Made by a program: the position numbers and the translations under genes | DNA from: Candidatus Latescibacterota bacterium | GTDB lineage: Bacteria > Latescibacterota > UBA2968 | Length of the DNA stretch: 64,000 nucleotides | Assembly (NCBI GenBank): GCA_965205975.1 | Contig: OZ242195.1 | Span: 192,001-256,000, forward strand | Direction of reading: 5' to 3' | Notes under the pieces: generated by a model | Told to the model about the DNA's origin: nothing | What the model saw: the letters and a program-made list of their open reading frames with translations, nothing else | Database searches by the model: none | Shown here: piece by piece, positions 22,725-31,848 of the stretch | Layout: every line of letters starts with the position of its first letter | Numbering within the stretch: the first letter of the stretch is position 1

Positions 22725-23250
22725 AAATTAAAGAAAACGAGTCTAAAAAAGGGTAGTATATAAAAGAAGAAATATATAAATATTTGTTTTAAAAAGATTT
22801 GTCCTTTAATAAATTTTAGAATATTTTGAGAGTTTATTAAAGGATTTATTAAAGGATTTAGCAAAGCCGCGTTGTTTTTCAAGCTCTCAATTGACTATGA
22901 GCCTGAATCTTTTAACTTTGTTTGACGGTTGTTTGATGGTTGTTTGATGGAAAACCCGAAAAATGATTCAGAAAAGCAGATTCGATTCTGTAACTTATTG
23001 TTATACAAATATTTACTGTTTTGTAATTTGCTTGATGGTTGTTTGATGGAAAACCAAATGATCACTGGCACAACCGAGCACGTTTGACACCTATTGCACA
23101 GCATCGCGATATTGGATATACTCTCACAGACTTGAAGAACCATAGTGAGGCCACGCGAAATAATTTGAGGGTGGAGGTCTTTGAAGGGGCTATGGAAGAA
23201 TTGGGTGATGTGACGATTGTAGCAGAGGTTAATGATAGAGGTTGTAACCC

Positions 23251-24423
23251 ATGAGTAGCCGACGTATGCAAATAACATTGCAGCCTGCTGTGTTGCGGTG
23301 GGCGCGGGAGCGGGCGCGCATTGATGCCGAGCAACTGGCGGATAAGATGCAGGTGAAGCCAGAGCGCGTGTTGGCGTGGGAACGCGATGGCAGGATCAGC
23401 ATTGCCCAGGCAGATAAACTTGCCCAGCGTACGCATACCGCTCTGGGCTTACTATACTTAACAGAGCCGCCCAAAGATCTCTTGCCAATACCCGATTTTC
23501 GTACCCGAGACGATGATCTGCAGCCGAGTGTCAATCTCCTCGATACTATTTATCTGATGCAGCGTCGTCAAGCCTGGATGCGCGACGAGTTAATCGGGGA
23601 GGGTGCACGACCGCTGAACTTCATTGGAAGCTATGAGATAGGTGGCGATCCCCTGCAGGTCGCTCATGCGATGCGCGATGCGCTTCAACTTGCTGACGAT
23701 TGGGCAGCATCTGTATCTACCTGGTCTAATGCACTTGGGTATTTGCGGAGTAGAGCCGAGGATGCCGGTGTGCTGGTGGTTTTCAATGGTGTGGTGGAAA
23801 ATAATACAAGCCGCAAACTCGATCCGGATGAATTTCAGGGTTTTGCTCTCGTAGATGAGTATGCCCCATTGGTCTTTGTGAACAATGCCGACTTCAAAGC
23901 CGCGCAGATGTTCACCCTGGCTCACGAACTCGCACATCTTTTTGTTGGAGAGACTGGGGTGTCCAGTTTTGAACATCTAAAGTTCGATTCTAATACCACA
24001 GAGAGATTTTGTGACCAGGTATCGGCGGAGTTTTTAGTGCCGGCAGCAGAGTTGCGAGCCTTCTGGCCTACAACTACGAGGGCAAGTGATCCGTATCAGT
24101 CTATTGCACACCAGTTTAAAGTAAGCTCTCTCGTAGCCGCACGCCGAGCACGCGATCTCGGCTTGATTCAACCGATTGCCTTTTTCAAATTCTATGACGA
24201 ATATATGGAGAGGGAATGGCATAGTAGCCAGCAGACTCAAGCAAGTGGTGGAAATTTCTGGAATACTCAGAAATGGCGCATCGGCACCCGCTTTGGCACG
24301 GCAATCTTCCGTGCAGTGAAGGAGGGTCGTCTGCTCTATCGCGAGGCGTATAATCTCACCGGTCTTAAGGGGGAAACTTTTGAAAATATGCGAGAAAAGA
24401 TGGGGATACTGCCCGGTACTTGA
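23251..24423 (+). CDS. XRE HTH + ImmA/IrrE metallopeptidase
   Basis: N-terminal HTH (LRWARER..LA.K..V.....AWE); FTLAHELAH. Confidence 0.88.
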   Translation: MSSRRMQITLQPAVLRWARERARIDAEQLADKMQVKPERVLAWERDGRISIAQADKLAQRTHTALGLLYLTEPPKDLLPIPDFRTRDDDLQPSVNLLDTIYLMQRRQAWMRDELIGEGARPLNFIGSYEIGGDPLQVAHAMRDALQLADDWAASVSTWSNALGYLRSRAEDAGVLVVFNGVVENNTSRKLDPDEFQGFALVDEYAPLVFVNNADFKAAQMFTLAHELAHLFVGETGVSSFEHLKFDSNTTERFCDQVSAEFLVPAAELRAFWPTTTRASDPYQSIAHQFKVSSLVAARRARDLGLIQPIAFFKFYDEYMEREWHSSQQTQASGGNFWNTQKWRIGTRFGTAIFRAVKEGRLLYREAYNLTGLKGETFENMREKMGILPGT

Positions 24424-24656
24424 CTGTTACTTGACTGGTAACTGGCGATGCGAGATCATATTTCTTATAACTTATTGAATATACGACGTTTGCTTTATTT
24501 GACTGTTATTTGACTGACAATCGACAATATGAGATCGCATTTTTCATAAATTATTGAAAATGAGACATTTATTTTATTTGACTGTTATTTGACTGAAAAG
24601 CGTTTGGAACGATATATTTCCGTGCCCAAAAGCAACCCGATGCGAGAGAGTAAGGT

Positions 24657-27600
24657 ATGAAGAGTCCGGATACTGAACCAACGCAATCTCAAAAAGAAGA
24701 GTTGGATGCGCTTGCGGCTCTGTCCGATGACGAGATAGATACTTCTGAGATTCCGGAGGTTCTTGAGGGGGCAAATTCTGTACGCGGGCTGTTTCATAAG
24801 TCCGCCAGCGAGCGGAGCAAGGCGATAGGTGAACTCAGAGGCAAACGCCCGTCGGTTACGGATACCTCTGAACTCGGTTTGGAAGATCGCATTTGCGAGG
24901 TGCTGGCTGGTAGGGGGGGTAAATCGGATACGGGTGATGTAGGGGAGCGTCCGGCTGCCTATAGCGCGGGTTGGCGTTATGGGGAGCGCGAGGATTACGA
25001 CCGCGAGTATTGTGTGGATCTGGCGCAGTTGACTGCTTTTCTGGTGGCGACGCAGCCGAAGGTTGCTGACGCGCTGTCTCTGGAGAGTGATAATCCGACG
25101 CGACGCCGGTTTCTCGCCCGGTTGAAGAGTGAGGTTGGCAGGCGCGGTATTGTGGATGCGCTTCGCAATGGTGTTAAGCACGGACCGCATGATATTACGC
25201 TTTTTTATGGTGCGCCATCGCCGGGCAACCGACGGGCAGCGATGCTTTACGAGCAGAATCTTTTTTCGGTTACGCGCCAGTTGTCGTATAGCAATGCCAA
25301 TAAGCGGCTTGCACTTGATCTCGCGCTGTTTATCAATGGTCTGCCAGTGGCGACTTTTGAGTTGAAAAATAGTCTTACGAAGCAGACGGTGGCAGATGCG
25401 GTTGAGCAATACAAACGCGACCGCGATCCGAGGGAGGAACTTTTCCGCATTGGTCGTTGTTTGGCTCACTTTGCTGTGGATGAACACGAGGTAATGTTTT
25501 GTACGCATCTCAGGGGCAAGTCGTCCTGGTTTCTGCCTTTTAATAGGGGTTGGAATGATGGTGCGGGTAATCCGCCTAATCCCAATGGTCTTAAGACCGA
25601 TTATTTGTGGCAGGAGGTTCTGACCCGGCAGAGTTTGACGGATATTATCGAGAATTACGCTCTGCTGGTGGAGTCTGCTGACGTGCAGACCGGACGCAAG
25701 GCGCGGACGCAAATCTGGCCTCGCTATCACCAGTTGGATGTGGTGCGGAAATTGCTGGCTGATGCTGTAGAGAGGGGGGCGGGGCAGCGCTATCTCATTC
25801 AGCATTCGGCGGGTAGTGGGAAGTCCAATTCTATCGCCTGGTTGGCGCACCGCCTGATTGGGTTGGAAAAGGGCGGTGAGACGGTTTTTGATTCGATTAT
25901 TGTTGTGACTGATCGGATTATTCTGGATCGGCAGATCAACGATACGATTCGGCAGTTCGCGCAGGTGGGGGCGACTGTTGGGCACGCCGAAAGATCTGGC
26001 GATTTGCGGCGCTTTATTGTTGAGGGAAAGAAAATCATTATCTCTACTGTGCAGAAGTTTCCGTTTATCCTGGATGAGATTGGTACAGAACATCGGGGGA
26101 ATCGCTTTGCGATTATCATTGATGAAGCGCATTCCAGTCAGGGTGGGCGTACGTCTTCGGCGATGGCGCAGGCATTGGGCGATCATGAGGACGGAGATGA
26201 AGAAGATACTTTTGAAGATCAGATTAACCGGATTATTGAGCAGAAGCGTCTGTTGACCAATGCGAGCTATTTTGCCTTTACTGCCACGCCGAAGAATAAG
26301 ACGCTTGAGTTATTTGGCACGCCAGTGCCGCAGCCCGATGGCACGACAAAGCATCGGTCCTTCCACGGCTATGCGATGAAACAGGCGATTGAGGAGGGGT
26401 TTATTCTGGATGTGCTGGGTAATTATACGCCGGTAAAGAGCTACTACCATCTCGCGAAGACGGTAACGGATGATCCGGAATTTGATACAATAAAGGCGAA
26501 GAAGAAACTCATCCGCTATGTGGAAACGCACAGTCATGCGATTCGTCTCAAAGCGGAGATTATGGTTGACCATTTCCACGAGCAGGTGCTGGCACCGCGC
26601 AAAATTGGCGGACAGGCGCGGGCGATGGTCGTAACGGGTGGTATTCAGATGGCGATTACCTACTATCACGCCATTCGCAATTACCTGAATGAGCGCAATA
26701 GCCCGCACAAAGCTATTGTCGCTTTTTCTGGTGAGGTGGATTACGGTGGTGAGAGGGTGAGTGAGGCGTCGTTGAACGGTTTTCCGTCATCGCAAATTGC
26801 CAGTAAGATTCAGGAAGATCCCTATCGGTTGCTGGTCTGTGCGGATAAGTTCCAGACGGGGTATGATGAGCCTTTATTGCATGTGATGTACGTGGATAAG
26901 GTGCTTTCTGGCATTAAGGCCGTGCAAACGCTCTCTCGTCTCAACCGCGCCCATCCGGATAAGCGCGATACGTTTGTGCTGGATTTCTACAATGACGCTG
27001 ACATGATAAAGGACGCTTTTGCTGATTACTACCGCACGACTATTTTGGCGGATGAAACCGATCCCAACAAGTTGCACGATCTCAAGGCCGCGCTGGATGG
27101 CCGGCAGGTTTATTCCGATGAGCAAGTCCGCGCTCTGGTGGCGTCGTATTTGAAGGGCGATGACCGCAGTGCTCTTGATCCCATTCTGGACGCGTGTGTG
27201 GCGATTTATCGCAGTGAACTGGATGAGGATGGGCAGGTTGAGTTTAAGGGCAATGCCAAAGCCTTTGTGCGCGCATACAACTTCTTGTCTCAGGTGCTTC
27301 CCTACGCGAATGTGGATTGGGAGAAGCTTTCCATTTTTCTGAATTTTCTCGTTCCCAAGTTGCCGACGCCCGCTACTGAAGATTTGTCGGTGGGTATTGA
27401 GGGTGCTATTGATATGGATAGCTATCGCGCCGAGAAACAGGCGACGATGCAAATTCTGCTGTCCGATGAGGATGCCGAGATCGAGCCGGTGCCCACGGGT
27501 GGTGGCGGTCATAAGCCAGAGCCGGAAATGGACCGGCTTTCCAATATTCTCCGGTCGTTCAACGATCTTTTTGGCGATATTCCGTGGACCAATGAAGACC

Positions 27601-27836
27601 GCATTCGCAGGATGATTACCGAGGATGTTCCGAAGATGGTTGATGAGGATAGTGCTTATCGCAATGCGCGGGAACATTCAGATGAGCAGAATACGCGCAT
27701 TGAACACGATAAGGCGCTGGAGAAGGCGATTATGGCTCTGCTCTCTGACGATACGGAACTTTACAAGCAGTATTCCCAGAATGAAGCGTTTAAGCGCTGG
27801 CTGGAGAATAGCGTGTTTGAACTGACCAATCGCTAA
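24657..27836 (+). CDS. hsdR: Type I R-M restriction subunit with BrnA-like N-terminal extension
   Basis: ELK nuclease motif, HSAGSGKS, DEAH, TATP, KFQTGYD, QTLSRLNR. Confidence 0.95.
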   Translation: MKSPDTEPTQSQKEELDALAALSDDEIDTSEIPEVLEGANSVRGLFHKSASERSKAIGELRGKRPSVTDTSELGLEDRICEVLAGRGGKSDTGDVGERPAAYSAGWRYGEREDYDREYCVDLAQLTAFLVATQPKVADALSLESDNPTRRRFLARLKSEVGRRGIVDALRNGVKHGPHDITLFYGAPSPGNRRAAMLYEQNLFSVTRQLSYSNANKRLALDLALFINGLPVATFELKNSLTKQTVADAVEQYKRDRDPREELFRIGRCLAHFAVDEHEVMFCTHLRGKSSWFLPFNRGWNDGAGNPPNPNGLKTDYLWQEVLTRQSLTDIIENYALLVESADVQTGRKARTQIWPRYHQLDVVRKLLADAVERGAGQRYLIQHSAGSGKSNSIAWLAHRLIGLEKGGETVFDSIIVVTDRIILDRQINDTIRQFAQVGATVGHAERSGDLRRFIVEGKKIIISTVQKFPFILDEIGTEHRGNRFAIIIDEAHSSQGGRTSSAMAQALGDHEDGDEEDTFEDQINRIIEQKRLLTNASYFAFTATPKNKTLELFGTPVPQPDGTTKHRSFHGYAMKQAIEEGFILDVLGNYTPVKSYYHLAKTVTDDPEFDTIKAKKKLIRYVETHSHAIRLKAEIMVDHFHEQVLAPRKIGGQARAMVVTGGIQMAITYYHAIRNYLNERNSPHKAIVAFSGEVDYGGERVSEASLNGFPSSQIASKIQEDPYRLLVCADKFQTGYDEPLLHVMYVDKVLSGIKAVQTLSRLNRAHPDKRDTFVLDFYNDADMIKDAFADYYRTTILADETDPNKLHDLKAALDGRQVYSDEQVRALVASYLKGDDRSALDPILDACVAIYRSELDEDGQVEFKGNAKAFVRAYNFLSQVLPYANVDWEKLSIFLNFLVPKLPTPATEDLSVGIEGAIDMDSYRAEKQATMQILLSDEDAEIEPVPTGGGGHKPEPEMDRLSNILRSFNDLFGDIPWTNEDRIRRMITEDVPKMVDEDSAYRNAREHSDEQNTRIEHDKALEKAIMALLSDDTELYKQYSQNEAFKRWLENSVFELTNR

Positions 27837-27855
27837 CGTCAGGTACGTTGCGTAG

Positions 27856-27896
27856 CAAAAAACAGCCCGTCCAAAAAGTTGGATGGGCTATTTTTT
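27856..27896. terminator. Bidirectional hairpin terminator
   Basis: AAAAAACAGCCCGTCC-loop-GGATGGGCTATTTTTT. Confidence 0.75.
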
Positions 27897-28018
27897 ATTC
27901 TCAGTCTTGAATATGTGGATAAAGTTGGCTATACTAAATGCGGCATTGAACATGCGTTCTCCGAGTGTCTGGGCGGGAGTAATGGGCTATTGAGCCAAAT
28001 TATCACAGGCGATTTATA

Positions 28019-29890
28019 ATGGCAGAACTACGATTCGACATCACGCCGTTTCTGGATCAAGACGAAGGCCAGCACTTTGATCGCAAGTCGTTGTATGAGG
28101 GAGAAGATGGTGCCAAACGGTCACGTAACCGCCGCGTCGTACGGGATCAGGTTGCGGAATATGTGGCGGGCTTTGCCAATGCCGAAGGTGGCGTGCTTGT
28201 CCTGGGCATAGAGGATGACCGCACCATTACTGGACACCAGCTTCCTCAGGATGCCTTGAACAGTATCCTGAAGACCCCGAGCACTCGCTTGAAGCCCGTA
28301 CAGCCCGATGGCTTTGTTATGAATGTTCAAGGGTGCGAACTGATTGTTTTTGATGTGCCAGCTTCAGATGTTCCCGTTCAGGTAATCGGGGATGGCTTCC
28401 CGCTGCGAATGGGCGACCAGACAGTGCAATCCAGCGAGAGCCAAATCAATACGCTCAAGTTTGAAGGTATGGCGGAGAGTTGGGAAAGCCGACGATCATC
28501 AATGACTTTGGCTGATCTGGATGAACGACTGTTAGAACGCGCAAAACAAGGGGCGGGCTTATCCGCTTTGACTGATGAAGAATATTTGCTCAAGCGCAAA
28601 TTGGCTGATCGCCGAGGGCGAGGAATCGTGCTTCGAAATGCTGCGGCGTTGCTCTTTGCCCGTTATGGTCCGGACCATCCCAATGCTGGCGTTCGTCTAT
28701 TTCGTGTTATCGGCACCGAGCGCTATACCGGCCCCGAACACAATGTCGAAGAACGCCCGCGCTGCGAAGGCAACTTGCCTGCGGTCATATCGGAAATCCG
28801 CACGGTTATCAGCAGTCTGTTGCGACGCCCTATGCGGCTCGTGGGGAGTCGCTTTCAGGAATCCGCCGAATACCCGGATTTCGCATGGCTGGAGGCGTTG
28901 CTTAATGCCATTGCACACCGCGATTACAGGATTGAAGGCACCTGCATAGAGGTCTGGTTATTCGATGATCGCATGGAAGTGGTCAGCCCGGGCGGACTGG
29001 TCGGCAATTTGACCACAGAAGCGTTGCTCACGCTCAAGCGCGTCCATCACAGCCGCAATCCCCGCCTGATCCGGGTGCTTGTAGATCTCGGTCTCGCACG
29101 CGACCAGGGCGAGGGTATCCCTCGGATGTTTGCAGAGATGGAAGACGCTTTTTTGCCAAGGCCAGATATAGATGCGACCAACCGTAGCGTCACGGTCACG
29201 CTTCGGAACACGCTTACTCTGAACGCCAGTGATAGAGAATTTATCTCGGCACTCGGTGATATTGAGCTTTCTCGCAATGAGTTTCGGGCATTGCTTTACA
29301 CTTATCGTCATGATCAGATAGACAATGCCAGGCTGCGTGCTTTATCCGGTCTTGATACCTTGAGTGCCAGTTATCTTTTACGCGGTCTCCGCGACCGAGA
29401 TTTGCTAAAACTTTATTCTCATGGTCCCAACAGCTACTATACATTGACTTCTGTACTGACATCGCAAGTTGGGAAGTACAAATCAGAAACTGGAGAGTCC
29501 AGAACAAATGATGGAAAGTTCCACACGGATGGGAGGGAGTTCAGTGCGGATACCGGGGAGTTCAGTGCGGATACCGGGGAGTTCAGTGCGGATACCGGGG
29601 AGTTCAGTGCGGATACCGGGGAGCTTCCTGATGACATCAAGGCCGCTATTGATCGACTTGGTCGGCGACCGCGTCGAGAAAATCTACGCCCTGTCATTCG
29701 CGCGATATGCGATCAAGGGAGATGGGTAACTGCCGCTACACTCGCCCGCTACCTGAGCTTAAAACAAGAGAATCTAATAGCAGGGCATCTCGGGGAAATG
29801 GTGCAAAGTAAAGAACTTGAGCGACGCTTTCCGGATAAGCCCAACCATCCTCGTCAAGCTTACCGAGCTGTTGCTTCCCAACGCCCGTAG
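28019..29890 (+). CDS. Schlafen/AlbA_2 + HATPase_c_4 ATP-binding protein #3
   Basis: EGQHFDRK, GFANAEGG.LVLG, EALLNAIAHRDY, SRNP, GEGI; C-terminal P.KPNHP.Q.Y wHTH motif. Confidence 0.87.
   Translation: MAELRFDITPFLDQDEGQHFDRKSLYEGEDGAKRSRNRRVVRDQVAEYVAGFANAEGGVLVLGIEDDRTITGHQLPQDALNSILKTPSTRLKPVQPDGFVMNVQGCELIVFDVPASDVPVQVIGDGFPLRMGDQTVQSSESQINTLKFEGMAESWESRRSSMTLADLDERLLERAKQGAGLSALTDEEYLLKRKLADRRGRGIVLRNAAALLFARYGPDHPNAGVRLFRVIGTERYTGPEHNVEERPRCEGNLPAVISEIRTVISSLLRRPMRLVGSRFQESAEYPDFAWLEALLNAIAHRDYRIEGTCIEVWLFDDRMEVVSPGGLVGNLTTEALLTLKRVHHSRNPRLIRVLVDLGLARDQGEGIPRMFAEMEDAFLPRPDIDATNRSVTVTLRNTLTLNASDREFISALGDIELSRNEFRALLYTYRHDQIDNARLRALSGLDTLSASYLLRGLRDRDLLKLYSHGPNSYYTLTSVLTSQVGKYKSETGESRTNDGKFHTDGREFSADTGEFSADTGEFSADTGEFSADTGELPDDIKAAIDRLGRRPRRENLRPVIRAICDQGRWVTAATLARYLSLKQENLIAGHLGEMVQSKELERRFPDKPNHPRQAYRAVASQRP
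29535..29623 (+). repeat. 21-bp in-frame tandem repeat (4 perfect copies plus a partial)
   Basis: Unit GGGAGTTCAGTGCGGATACCG encodes (G/R)EFSADT. Confidence 0.97.
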
Positions 29891-29954
29891 CCCTTAGTTT
29901 TTTTCCTCGGCTGTAAAGTAGCATGTTTGAACTAAGCCAGGTACTCAGCGTACT

Positions 29955-29994
29955 AAAAAAACAGCCCGTCCTGAAAATGGATGGGCTATTTTTT
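29955..29994. terminator. Bidirectional hairpin terminator (near copy of 27856-27896)
   Basis: AAAAAAACAGCCCGTCC-loop-GGATGGGCTATTTTTT overlapping the stop of the minus-strand gene. Confidence 0.75.
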
Positions 29995-30384
29995 GTCAAA
30001 TCCGCCTTCACGCGCCTGGCGGGTCATTTCCTGGATGAGTTTGGGGGCGGGATCTTCCCATCCTTCGGGTTTGAGTATTTTGCCGTCTTCTCGGCGAATG
30101 ACTTTTCCGTTTACGACTTTTTGCATGTTTGCATTGTGGACGATGTCGAAGAGGGGGTCGAGGTTGATGCCGTTGCGTACGGCGAAGTCGCAGATGTAGT
30201 AAATTGCATCCACGAGCGCGTCAGCCTGTTCTGTGACGGTCTGTGCGGCCATTAACTCGTCCATTTCATCGTTGACCATTTGTCTTATGAATGCAATGCC
30301 TTCTGCTGTCATGTTTTGCGGATGCGCTGGCAGGTGGTCGTTACAGGCCATTGTAAATTCGCGCACTTGAGCCGTGTATCCCAT
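29986..30384 (-). CDS. PRA-PH/MazG-like nucleotide pyrophosphohydrolase
   Basis: DEMDEL, DALVD..YY, FD.VH.ANM.K, REDGKILKPEGW. Confidence 0.78.
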   Translation of the reverse strand: MGYTAQVREFTMACNDHLPAHPQNMTAEGIAFIRQMVNDEMDELMAAQTVTEQADALVDAIYYICDFAVRNGINLDPLFDIVHNANMQKVVNGKVIRREDGKILKPEGWEDPAPKLIQEMTRQAREGGFDKK

Positions 30385-30612
30385 GCGTACTCCAGTTTGA
30401 AGTGTGAAGTGTGAAGTTTGAAAACCCCGTCCAACCAACCCCTATCCTCCAGCCTCTATTATGCGTTAGAAATTACTAAAGTACACGATCAAAAACAAAT
30501 GCAATGGTTCGTCTATTCGTTTTTGGTCTTTGACTTTTGGGCGTTGCGTCTATATTTTTTTGCGCGATATGTTGTTGATTGGTGAACTATGACGCGAAAG
30601 GATTTAGATTAT

Positions 30613-31839
30613 ATGGCGAGTATTAATGCAAATTACGACAAATTGGCTGCGGGATATTTGTTTCCCGAGATTGCGCGGCGGACACAGGTTTTTCTCGATG
30701 CACATCCAGAAGTGTCCGTGATGCGGTTGGGCATTGGCAATACGACCGAGCCGCTGACGAGGAGCGTGATTGCCGGTTTGCACGATGCGGTGGATCAGAT
30801 GGCGCGTGTGGAGACGTATCGCGGCTATGCCGATGGTGGAGAGGGCGAGCCTGAGATGCGGGAGGCTCTGGCGAAGCGCTATGCAAAGTACGGGGTTGAT
30901 CTCGATGCGTCTGAGGTTTTTGTGAGCGATGGCGCCAAGTCAGATTCGGCGAATATCCAGTCGATTTTTGGTATGGATAATGTGATTGCTGTGCAGGATC
31001 CGGCATATCCGGTATATGTCGATAGCAATGTGATTTCCGGACGGACGGGCGAGGCGGTGAACGATCAGTATGCAGGACTGGTTTATATGCCGTGTACAGA
31101 AGAGAGTGGTTTTATGCCCGAGGTGCCAGATGAAAAAGTGGATTTGATCTATATTTGCAGCCCGAATAATCCGACAGGTGCTGTGGCAACCCGGGCGCAG
31201 CTTCAGGCGTTTGTAGATTATGCGAGGGAATGCAAGGCGGTGATTATTTACGATGCGGCTTATGCCGGGTATATCTCCGATGCGGATTTACCGCGGAGTA
31301 TTTACGAGGTTGAGGGGGCAAAGTCCTGTGCGATTGAGATCAATAGTTTTTCCAAAGATACCGGGTTTACGGGTGTGCGCCTGGGGTGGACAGTTGTGCC
31401 GATGGATCTGGTAGTAGAAGACGCGGAGGCGGGCAAATTGAATACGCTGTGGGGCAGGCGTCAAAATACGTTTTTTAATGGTGCTTCGAATATTGTGCAA
31501 TTGGGTGCTTTGTCGGTGTTTACAGAAGAAGGCGAGCGCGAATGCCAGGAGATGATTGCGTATTATATGGAAAATGCGCGCATTATTCGAGCGGGGCTGA
31601 GGCGTGTTGGGCTGACTGTTTTTGGCGGTGTACACGCGCCCTATTTGTGGCTTAAGACGCCGAACGGCCTGTCCTCGTGGGACTTTTTTGACAAGTTGTT
31701 GTCAGAAGCCCATGTCGTGGGTACGCCGGGTTCGGGTTTTGGTCCTGCTGGCGAAGGTTATTTTCGCTTGAGTTCGTTTGGACATCGCGAAGATGTCGAG
31801 CGGGCAGTGGCGAGTATTCAGGCGAATTTGAAGATTTGA
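30613..31839 (+). CDS. dapL: LL-diaminopimelate aminotransferase
   Basis: YLFPEIARR, CSPNNPTG, SFSK..GFTGVR, GEGYFRLS. Confidence 0.93.
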   Translation: MASINANYDKLAAGYLFPEIARRTQVFLDAHPEVSVMRLGIGNTTEPLTRSVIAGLHDAVDQMARVETYRGYADGGEGEPEMREALAKRYAKYGVDLDASEVFVSDGAKSDSANIQSIFGMDNVIAVQDPAYPVYVDSNVISGRTGEAVNDQYAGLVYMPCTEESGFMPEVPDEKVDLIYICSPNNPTGAVATRAQLQAFVDYARECKAVIIYDAAYAGYISDADLPRSIYEVEGAKSCAIEINSFSKDTGFTGVRLGWTVVPMDLVVEDAEAGKLNTLWGRRQNTFFNGASNIVQLGALSVFTEEGERECQEMIAYYMENARIIRAGLRRVGLTVFGGVHAPYLWLKTPNGLSSWDFFDKLLSEAHVVGTPGSGFGPAGEGYFRLSSFGHREDVERAVASIQANLKI

Positions 31840-31848
31840 GGTGAACAG

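Larger units (their letters stand above)
20332..24597. repeat. Dispersed spacer modules with 11-bp-phased TTGA boxes and IHF-like core (~20332-20430, 20700-20800, 20805-20945, 22922-23062, two in tandem at 24420-24597)
   Basis: TTGA at 20410/20421, 20700/20711/20722, 20805/20816/20827, 22922/22933/22944, 24420/24431, 24499/24510, 24578/24589; shared TAACTTATTG-like core. Confidence 0.75.
14034..29996. mobile_element. Defence island built around a type I R-M system (no integrase seen)
   Basis: All genes on + strand between convergent mdh and the PRA-PH gene; AT-rich spacers; related CAGCCCGT..GGAYGGGCT hairpins at both ends. Confidence 0.6.

Noticed and set aside
20700..24597. TTGA repeats as CRISPR or plasmid iterons
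   Set aside because: Units are 11 bp, degenerate and dispersed, with no unique spacers and no rep gene.
24585..26186. Long antisense ORFs (e.g. 24585-26186, 15107-16159, 12958-14055, 37110-38339)
   Set aside because: Shadow frames opposite well-supported genes, with no recognisable motifs.
29535..29623. Tandem repeat as a CRISPR array
   Set aside because: No spacers, lies in frame within a CDS, and no cas genes.
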